Part shown: positions 1-5,641 of the stretch, piece after piece
How positions within the stretch are numbered: the first letter of the stretch is position 1
Layout of the letters: every line of letters starts with the position of its first letter
NCBI GenBank assembly: GCA_964463155.1
Contig: CAYXAY010000032.1
Coordinates: 1-8,099 of the forward strand
Source of the DNA: an uncultured archaeon
GTDB lineage: Archaea; Iainarchaeota; Iainarchaeia; Iainarchaeales; CSSED10-239
Direction: 5' to 3'
DNA length: 8,099 nt
The notes under the pieces: generated by a model
Told to the model about the DNA's origin: nothing
What the model saw: the letters and a program-made list of their open reading frames with translations, nothing else
The model's database searches: none
Position numbers and translations under genes: made by a program

Positions 1-1215
1 CAAAAACTATATGAAAAAGGATATATCTATGAATCCGTTTATGAGGGATTATATTGTGTAGGTTGTGAAGGATACTTCACACAAAAAGATTTAGTAGATG
101 GCAAATGTCCAATACATCAAAAAGAACCAATTGCAATTAAAGAAAAAGGATATTTCTTCAAATTATCTAATTTTAAAGAAAAACTAATAGAAGTATATGA
201 TAAAAACCCAGAACTAATTGTTCCAAAAGGAAAAAATACAGAAATATTAAATAGATTAAAAAATGAAGAACTAAAAGACTTATATATTAGTAGAAAAAAC
301 TTCAAATGGGGAATTCCTTTACCTTGGGATAAAGAATATGTATTATGGGTGTGGTCAGATGCTTTATTCAATTACTTATCAGCCCTTGAAAACACAGATT
401 CAGAGAAATTTAAAAAATATTGGCCTGCAGATGTTCATCTAATAGGTAAAGACATATTGTGGTTTCACACAGTTATTTGGCACTCTTATTTATTAGCTTT
501 AGAGTTACCACTACCTAAACAAGTATTTGCACACGGTTGGTGGACAATCTCTGGACAAAAGATGTCAAAGACTTTAGGTAATGTAGTTTATCCAGGGGAT
601 ATAGTAAAAAAGTATAGTAAAGATATTTTCAGATACATACTAATGAAAGAAATTGGCTTTGGAAGCGATGGGGACTTCTCAGAAGATAGAGTTATACAAT
701 ATCAGAACTCTGATTTAGCAGACAATTTAGGGAACTTAGTAAACAGAACACTTGTAATGACAAAGAAATACTTTGATGGAGTTGTTCCTAAACCTGCAGA
801 ACTAGAAGAAGTAGATAAAGAACTAATTGAAAAAGCAAATAATGTTATTAATATCTATAATCAAAATATGGATGATTTTAAATTTAATGTTGTATTAACA
901 GACATTTGGGCACTTCTAGATAATGCTAATGCTTATATTAATAAAACAGAGCCCTGGAATCTTGCAAAATCTGGAAAAATCGAAAGAGTACAAACAATTA
1001 TATATAATTTAAATGAAATAATTAGAATTGCAGGAATATTAATGTTTCCATTTATACCAGAAACTGCAGAAAAAATAGAATCAATCTATAATAAAAAGAT
1101 AAATTCTTTTGATGATGCAAAATGGGGGTTATTAGTTCCTGGATTTAAATTACAAAAAGACAATTTAATTTTATTTAATAAATTGAAAACAGATGAAATT
1201 ATAAAGAAAGAATAA
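1..1215 (+). CDS. metG: Methionyl-tRNA synthetase (class I), 5'-truncated by the window edge; no C-terminal Trbp111-like tRNA-binding extension
   Basis: Frame 1 is open from nt 1 with no stop before TAA 1213-1215, so the track's GTG start at 349 is internal. Zinc-knuckle region YCVGCEGYF...GKCPIH. Typical core HLIGKDILWFHTVIWHSYLLA...VFAHGWW. KMSKS loop present as KMSKT (nt 559-573). Anticodon-binding helical region DNLGNLVNR... Confidence 0.95.
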   Translation, partial: QKLYEKGYIYESVYEGLYCVGCEGYFTQKDLVDGKCPIHQKEPIAIKEKGYFFKLSNFKEKLIEVYDKNPELIVPKGKNTEILNRLKNEELKDLYISRKNFKWGIPLPWDKEYVLWVWSDALFNYLSALENTDSEKFKKYWPADVHLIGKDILWFHTVIWHSYLLALELPLPKQVFAHGWWTISGQKMSKTLGNVVYPGDIVKKYSKDIFRYILMKEIGFGSDGDFSEDRVIQYQNSDLADNLGNLVNRTLVMTKKYFDGVVPKPAELEEVDKELIEKANNVINIYNQNMDDFKFNVVLTDIWALLDNANAYINKTEPWNLAKSGKIERVQTIIYNLNEIIRIAGILMFPFIPETAEKIESIYNKKINSFDDAKWGLLVPGFKLQKDNLILFNKLKTDEIIKKE

Positions 1216-1217
1216 TT

Positions 1218-2153
1218 ATGAAATATACTAAAGACCTACTATGGACTAAAGGAATGGCTGTTTCTGAGCTTGTTGATGGATTTTCTTCTATTGGTTTTCA
1301 ATCAGCAGAGGTGTCAAGGGCAGCAACATTAATTGAGAAGATGAAAAAAGAAGGAGCAAAGGTTTACTTGTCTTTTACTTCTAATATGGTTACTTCGGGT
1401 CTTCGCGGTTTTTTTGCACAAATATTGAAACTAAAGATTGCTAGTGTTGTTTGTACAACTGTTGGGGCTGTTGAAGAGGATATAATGAAGGCAAATGGCG
1501 AAAAGTTTATCTTAGCATCCTTTAAGGTAGACGACCAAGAGCTTTATGAGAAAGGAGAAAACAGAGTCGGTAACATCTTAATTACAAACGAAAGCTACTT
1601 AAAATTTGAAGGTAGTATGCAGGGCAATCTCCTTGAGCTTTACAAGCAAAAGAAAGTTTGGTCTACTTGTGAACTTTTAAGAGAGATTGGGCTTAAGTTA
1701 AATGACGAAAACTCTTTCTTGTACCAAGCAGCAAAAAACAATATACCAGTATTTTGCCCAGCAATAACAGACGGTTCTTTTGGCTTCCACTTATATCTTT
1801 TCCAGCAAGACCATAAGGATTTTATGGTTGACATAATCTCTGACTTTAAACAAATAATCTTTTCAACAACACATGACGAGAAGAAAGGAATTATTGCGCT
1901 TGGTGGTGGCATTGCTAAGCACCACGTCATCTTAACAACACTAATCAACGGAGGAGCAGACTATGCCCTTTACATGACAACTGCTGGTTCTCGCTCAGGA
2001 AGCCTTTCCGGAGCAACAACAGACGAAGCAAAATCCTGGGGTAAGATTAAAGACGAAGCAGATGCTGTAACAGTTATTGGAGATGTTACAATCACATTCC
2101 CACTTGCAATGATAAAAGCACTTGAAGACCTAACAAAAGAAGGAATTATATGA
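1218..2153 (+). CDS. dys: Deoxyhypusine synthase
   Basis: 311 aa. Family-typical stretches: FTSNMVTSGLRG, VVCTTVGAVEEDIMK, NIPVFCPAITDGSFG and the NAD-site GGGIAKHH. TDEAKSWGKIK contains the catalytic lysine of the SWGK motif (AAG 2043-2045). Starts 2 nt after the metG stop. Confidence 0.95.
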   Translation: MKYTKDLLWTKGMAVSELVDGFSSIGFQSAEVSRAATLIEKMKKEGAKVYLSFTSNMVTSGLRGFFAQILKLKIASVVCTTVGAVEEDIMKANGEKFILASFKVDDQELYEKGENRVGNILITNESYLKFEGSMQGNLLELYKQKKVWSTCELLREIGLKLNDENSFLYQAAKNNIPVFCPAITDGSFGFHLYLFQQDHKDFMVDIISDFKQIIFSTTHDEKKGIIALGGGIAKHHVILTTLINGGADYALYMTTAGSRSGSLSGATTDEAKSWGKIKDEADAVTVIGDVTITFPLAMIKALEDLTKEGII

Positions 2154-2482
2154 GTGAAAAAACAACAAATCCAGAAACAAAAGAATACAATAAAAAATTA
2201 ATATTGGCATTTTTCTTAGTGGTGATAATTATCTTTACTGGAATTTTTATATTAAGTAAAATTGAAAACTGGACCAATGTAGATTCTGTTTATTTTACAA
2301 TTATGACTTTAACAATAATTGGTTTTGTGGGCATTGTTCTAAAAACTGTTGCCGACAAATTAATAATGTCTGTTTATGCACTTATTGGTGTCGCCACCTT
2401 TTTATTCTGTATTGGAATAATTGCTGAGCATTATTTCTTTAGAAGATTTAAAAATATAATACAAATATTGATAATAAAGTAA
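2150..2482 (+). CDS. Minimal two-TM pore-loop (K+ channel-like, Ion_trans_2-type) membrane protein with degenerate selectivity filter
   Basis: 110 aa. TM1 is LILAFFLVVIIIFTGIFILS. The pore-helix/filter-like segment DSVYFTIMTLTIIGFVG (filter nt 2306-2332) compares with the canonical YFsvvTlTTVGYGD. TM2 is MSVYALIGVATFLFCIGIIAEHYF. The ATG overlaps the dys stop (ATGA 2150-2153). Confidence 0.6.
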   Translation: MSEKTTNPETKEYNKKLILAFFLVVIIIFTGIFILSKIENWTNVDSVYFTIMTLTIIGFVGIVLKTVADKLIMSVYALIGVATFLFCIGIIAEHYFFRRFKNIIQILIIK

Positions 2483-2583
2483 AAAAAAGTAAGTGTAGGT
2501 CTAAAGACAATGGATAGAAAAATCAAATTTATTGAAAGAATGAAACTTGCAAAGAAAAAACAAAAAGAAGAAACTGATTAAAA

Positions 2584-3120
2584 ATGAAAGACCATTATGA
2601 AATTGAAGTTAAAGTTTTAGAGATTAACAAAAAAGAACTAGAAAGGAAACTAAAAGAAATAGGTGCAAAGAGGCTTTTCTCTTATAGAAAAATTATACAA
2701 GAAAACTATGAGAACTCTGAACTAAAAAAGAAAAGTGCAGCAATAAGAGTAAGACAACTCGGCAAAGAGGTTTTTATAACATTTAAGCAATTTAAAGAAA
2801 TAAAAAATAATATTAAATGTTGTAGAGAAATAGAGTTTCAAGCAGTTTCTGATTTTAAAACGATTCAAAATATTTTCACTTTTCTTGGCCTAAAAAGATA
2901 TCACAGGATAGAAAAAACAAGAACAACCTATATTCTTGGAACAACAACCTTTGACATAGACAGCATATCAAAACCATTCAAGATTCCTTGCTATTATGAG
3001 ATAGAGACAAAAACCTATAAAGACATAGATAAGATATTAAAGCAATTAGATGTTCCAAAAGAAAAGGTCTTGCCATGGGGAACAAAGCAACTTTTAGCTT
3101 ATTATAAAAAACTAATTTAA
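2584..3120 (+). CDS. CYTH-domain protein (CyaB-like class IV adenylate cyclase / triphosphate tunnel metalloenzyme family)
   Basis: 178 aa. N-terminal ExExK signature YEIEVK (nt 2599-2613). The remaining CYTH beta-strand motifs follow in order: AIRVRQ, ITFK, REIEFQ, IEKTRTTY, FDID, YYEIE. Confidence 0.85.
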   Translation: MKDHYEIEVKVLEINKKELERKLKEIGAKRLFSYRKIIQENYENSELKKKSAAIRVRQLGKEVFITFKQFKEIKNNIKCCREIEFQAVSDFKTIQNIFTFLGLKRYHRIEKTRTTYILGTTTFDIDSISKPFKIPCYYEIETKTYKDIDKILKQLDVPKEKVLPWGTKQLLAYYKKLI

Positions 3121-3594
3121 AAGAACAATCCAAAGATACAGGATTGTTGCAAAACATAACCAAACAAGATATGGTATCAAAAGATATGCTGCTTTCTCAT
3201 TTAGTTGATAGAACTTGATTATGGTTATTGAAACAAAACCAACAAGAACAAATATACAAATTAAACCAAAGACTGGTGATTCTAAGCCAAAGAACAGAAA
3301 TGACCAAGCAATATTGAGTATTAATTGTAAGCTAAAGAAAAGCATCGCTGATTTTTTTATTTCTGGATCTCTTCTGTATTTTTGTGGTTGTGACCAGACA
3401 ATGTAAAGTGCTAGACCCATCAAGATATAAAGAGTTGTCCAAACAATTGGAAAAACAAAATTTGGTGGAGTAATTGGTGGCTTGATTAGTGTCTCATACC
3501 AAGAACCAGGCCCGGTTTCTGTAACTAAAGAGCCAATAAATCCTGCCCCCAGGCATATTAAAATCGACACAGGAAATTTCCAATAATCTTTCAT
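3112..3594 (-). CDS. tspO: TspO/MBR family tryptophan-rich sensory protein (5-TM)
   Basis: 160 aa. Hallmark N-terminal region GAGFIGSLVT...GSWYETLIKPPITPPNFVFPIVWTTLYILMGLALYIVW, then NIAWSFLFFG. About five hydrophobic helices. The 3' end overlaps the CYTH gene 3' end by 9 nt (3112-3120). Confidence 0.9.
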   Translation of the reverse strand: MKDYWKFPVSILICLGAGFIGSLVTETGPGSWYETLIKPPITPPNFVFPIVWTTLYILMGLALYIVWSQPQKYRRDPEIKKSAMLFFSLQLILNIAWSFLFFGLESPVFGLICIFVLVGFVSITIIKFYQLNEKAAYLLIPYLVWLCFATILYLWIVLLN

Positions 3595-3637
3595 AAAATA
3601 TCACTCATAAATATATCTATTCTTGCAACAAAAGCAA

Positions 3638-3647
3638 TTTAAATATA
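3638..3647 (+). promoter_or_regulatory. TATA-box candidate for the small Cys-tail membrane protein gene
   Basis: TTTAAATATA lies in the divergent tspO/3710 intergenic region. The predicted TSS near 3670 leaves a roughly 40-nt leader carrying GAGGAG (3695-3700) before GTG 3710. Confidence 0.3.
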
Positions 3648-3709
3648 TGGAGTATATATATTATACAAAGAAATTTACAATTATAAAAATAATAAGAGGA
3701 GAAAAAAAT

Positions 3710-3937
3710 GTGGATAAAGAAAAAAATGAAAACCCAACAGTTGCTTTAGCAGGAACTATTTGTGCTTTTGCAGTAGGTATTGCAGCTTTAATTGTAATCT
3801 TTGCAAAAAATTATGCTTGGATAATTATATTTACAACATTAACTTTGTGTTTCTTTGGAATAGCACTAGCAAAGAAAGATTGTTCTTGTGGTCCAAATTG
3901 TGAATGTAATACAAAACCAAAAGATAAAAAAAAATGA
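3710..3937 (+). CDS. Small 2-TM membrane protein with Cys-rich C-terminal tail (CSCGPNCEC); start uncertain
   Basis: The ORF is open from 3623 (TTG), with an in-frame ATG at 3647. A GTG at 3710 sits 9 nt after the only strong SD-like element in the window (GAGGAG, 3695-3700) and downstream of a TATA box at 3638-3645. Two hydrophobic helices (TVALAGTICAFAVGIAALIVIFA and WIIIFTTLTLCFFGIALA) are followed by KKDCSCGPNCECNTKPKDKKK. Confidence 0.5.
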   Translation: MDKEKNENPTVALAGTICAFAVGIAALIVIFAKNYAWIIIFTTLTLCFFGIALAKKDCSCGPNCECNTKPKDKKK

Positions 3938-3947
3938 TGCTTAAATT

Positions 3948-4346
3948 ATGCCAACATTAAGACCAGCAAGAAGATTATCTTCTAAAGTCCTTGAAGATAT
4001 GAAAAAAAAGAGAATAGAGAAATCAAAGCCAAAAGTGCCTATTGATTATCAAACAAAAATATTAAGAGTTGATGCTGAAATTAAAGCTCTTAAGATTATT
4101 TCAGAATACGATTCTAAATTAATGAAAGGATTTACAGTTAACACTTTAGAGCAGATGAAAATAAATATTTCTGATTTACTAAAAAAAATAACAGAAGAAA
4201 TAGAGATATTAAAGAAAGCAAAATTAGAAAGAAGCAATCTTGCTGGCTTGAATATAGAGATAACTAATTTTGAAAGACAAAAGAAAGAATCAGAAAAGAT
4301 TATTGCTATTCTTGAATCTAAAATTAAAGAAAAAACAAGACAATAA
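3948..4346 (+). CDS. Hypothetical coiled-coil protein (basic N-terminus, Lys/Glu-rich helices)
   Basis: 132-aa ORF, 10 nt after the preceding stop. Heptad-like K/E/I/L-rich sequence. No motif I can recognise. An oligo-T tract (TTCTTTTTATT) follows the stop. Confidence 0.55.
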   Translation: MPTLRPARRLSSKVLEDMKKKRIEKSKPKVPIDYQTKILRVDAEIKALKIISEYDSKLMKGFTVNTLEQMKINISDLLKKITEEIEILKKAKLERSNLAGLNIEITNFERQKKESEKIIAILESKIKEKTRQ

Positions 4347-4365
4347 TTCTTTTTATTCTAAAAAC

Positions 4366-4375
4366 ATATATAAAT
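4366..4375 (+). promoter_or_regulatory. TATA-box candidate for the 4397 gene (leaderless geometry)
   Basis: ATATATAAAT is centred about 27 nt upstream of ATG 4397. No SD-like sequence lies in between. Confidence 0.35.
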
Positions 4376-4396
4376 CTTATTCTCTTTATATTTAAT

Positions 4397-4825
4397 ATGA
4401 ATAAAGGGTCTAAAATTTTTGTAATTGTATTATTAGCAATAATACTTATCTCTATTGTTTATATATTTAATAATAAAATTAATGATCTAGAAGACAAATA
4501 TAATATTCTAAATAATAAATATATAAAACTAAATCAAGAACATGAGCAACTTATTGAAGAAAAGCAAGAATTAGAAGATCAATTTAATAATCTTACAGCT
4601 GATTTTAAAGACTTAACAGAAAATTACAATTCTAAGGTCTTAGAAAACAAAGAAAAAGATCAAGAAATTAATTCTTTAACAAACAACTATAATAATGTTT
4701 TAGAAAACTATCAAACTCTTAATAACGAAGTAGGAATATTTAAAACAAGAATAGAAGAATCTATGGATTGGTTTAAGAATAATTCTACTCTTGATAATCT
4801 TTCAAATCAAAGAATTATAAAATAA
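4397..4825 (+). CDS. N-terminal portion of a TM-anchored coiled-coil protein; apparently continues in another frame (see 4821-5519)
   Basis: 142-aa ORF. Signal-anchor helix IFVIVLLAIILISIVYIF, then about 100 aa of N/E/K/L-rich coiled coil with an internal LTxNYNxxVLEN duplication. A TATA-like ATATATAAAT (4366-4375) lies about 27 nt upstream of the ATG, which suggests a leaderless mRNA. The ORF ends at TAA 4823-4825, immediately where frame 0 opens. Confidence 0.6.
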   Translation: MNKGSKIFVIVLLAIILISIVYIFNNKINDLEDKYNILNNKYIKLNQEHEQLIEEKQELEDQFNNLTADFKDLTENYNSKVLENKEKDQEINSLTNNYNNVLENYQTLNNEVGIFKTRIEESMDWFKNNSTLDNLSNQRIIK

Positions 4826-5519
4826 TCTTAAAAAATGTGTAACTTGTGAAGATGATTTATGTTATATAAAAACAGCATGTATTTATGTTATTAATCAAGA
4901 AGAACTAAATCTAAAATCTGCATTAGATTCTCAAACTTCAGGACAAGAAGACAAATTACAAACACTTGAGCAATTTCTTTTACAAAAAAAAGGAGACTGT
5001 GAGGATTTTTCTTTGTTTTTTGCTGCAGAGTTAAGATATTTGATTGAGTATGTTAGTTCTCAAGAAAAAACACCAATCATTGAAGCAATTGTAGAATCAG
5101 ATACTTCCAGAAGTTATGAAATTGTTGGCAGATGGTATTACCCTGAAGGTATAGAAAAAAAAATAATTTCTAAAGAATATAGTTATCCTTATGTTGCTGG
5201 TGGTAATATTTTTGATCCTAATACTCAAGAGATTGGAGGACATTGTTTGATAATGCTTTCAGAAGAAGAAATAAATGAAAGTCAAGATATTGAAGACTTA
5301 GACGACATAGAATTACTAGAACCACAAAACGGATTATATATTGGAAAAGCTAAAAACAATGGAATATTTGAAACAAAAAATTCAGAAAATCAAGTTGGGC
5401 AAATAATCACAAGTGCTGATTATTATATGCACAATTCCATTCTTTATAGCAATAATACAGAAAGTCATTGGTATAGTTCTGGTTATTATTACAATAAGAT
5501 TATAGAATTAGAACAATAA
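4821..5519 (+). CDS. C-terminal portion: transglutaminase-like / BTLCP-like cysteine peptidase core, lacking its own start codon (frameshifted gene or pseudogene)
   Basis: Frame 0 is open from 4821 and reads NNLKKCVTCEDDLCYIKTACIYVINQEELNLKSALDSQTSGQEDKLQTLEQFLLQKKGDCEDFSLFFAAELRYL... The first possible start in this frame is TTG 5013, which falls after the catalytic-Cys-type motif GDCEDFS (Cys codon 4998-5000). The candidate His is in GGHCLIML (5241-5243) and the candidate acid in LLEPQN (5319-5321). Confidence 0.55.
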   Translation, partial: NNLKKCVTCEDDLCYIKTACIYVINQEELNLKSALDSQTSGQEDKLQTLEQFLLQKKGDCEDFSLFFAAELRYLIEYVSSQEKTPIIEAIVESDTSRSYEIVGRWYYPEGIEKKIISKEYSYPYVAGGNIFDPNTQEIGGHCLIMLSEEEINESQDIEDLDDIELLEPQNGLYIGKAKNNGIFETKNSENQVGQIITSADYYMHNSILYSNNTESHWYSSGYYYNKIIELEQ

Positions 5520-5561
5520 ATTAATTATTTTATAATAACTCCCTTTTTGTGTTTTAATTGA

Positions 5562-5601
5562 TTTTCGGGTAAATAATTATCGCGATTAGAATCACCGAAA
5601 A
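5562..5601. terminator. Inverted repeat TTTTCGG / CCGAAAA (7-bp stem, 26-nt loop containing the palindrome ATCGCGAT) between convergent genes; possible bidirectional terminator or protein-binding site
   Basis: Stem arms are 5562-5568 and 5595-5601, and the loop palindrome is 5579-5586. An oligo-T tract CCCTTTTTGTGTTTT (5541-5555) lies just upstream on the + strand, the usual archaeal termination signal. Confidence 0.25.
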
Positions 5602-5641
5602 ATATTGTTTATGGAGATTTAAATCACAATACGTTTTCTTA

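Noticed and set aside
117-371. 84-aa minus-strand ORF
   Set aside because: It lies antisense within the continuous MetRS reading frame. Low-complexity F/S/L-rich translation is typical of shadow ORFs in AT-rich DNA.
1640-1948. 102-aa minus-strand ORF
   Set aside because: It is entirely antisense to the well-supported deoxyhypusine synthase gene and has no recognisable motif.
2510-2581. 23-aa Lys-rich mini-ORF (MDRKIKFIERMKLAKKKQKEETD) ending 2 nt before the CYTH start
   Set aside because: It is too short and too low-complexity to support from sequence alone. It could be a leader peptide or uORF, but there is no independent evidence.
2978-3163. 61-aa minus-strand ORF
   Set aside because: It overlaps the CYTH 3' end and the TspO 3' end. 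It is a shadow ORF with no start context.
3215-3406. 63-aa plus-strand ORF
   Set aside because: It is antisense inside the confidently identified tspO gene.
3623-3709. TTG (3623) or ATG (3647) N-terminal extension of the Cys-tail membrane protein
   Set aside because: The extension (MQQKQFKYMEYIYYTKKFTIIKIIRGEKN) overlaps the TATA-like element at 3638-3647 and precedes the SD-like GAGGAG. It is most likely untranslated leader or promoter. I cannot exclude it without data.
3708-3749. ATG at 3708 directly after the SD-like GAGGAG
   Set aside because: This frame terminates after 13 codons (MWIKKKMKTQQLL*). The adjacent in-frame GTG 3710 of the long ORF is the better candidate.
4049-4237. 62-aa minus-strand ORF
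   Set aside because: It is antisense to the 3948-4346 coiled-coil ORF. The I/F/S-rich low-complexity product mirrors K/E-rich sense codons.
4823-4849. Stop-codon readthrough or reassignment (TAA as sense) to join the 4397 and 5013 ORFs
   Set aside because: In the 4397 frame, TAA 4823 is followed by TAA 4829 and TGA 4847 within nine codons, and that frame encodes nothing protein-like. Every other gene here ends normally on TAA, TAG or TGA. A frameshift explains the data and recoding does not.
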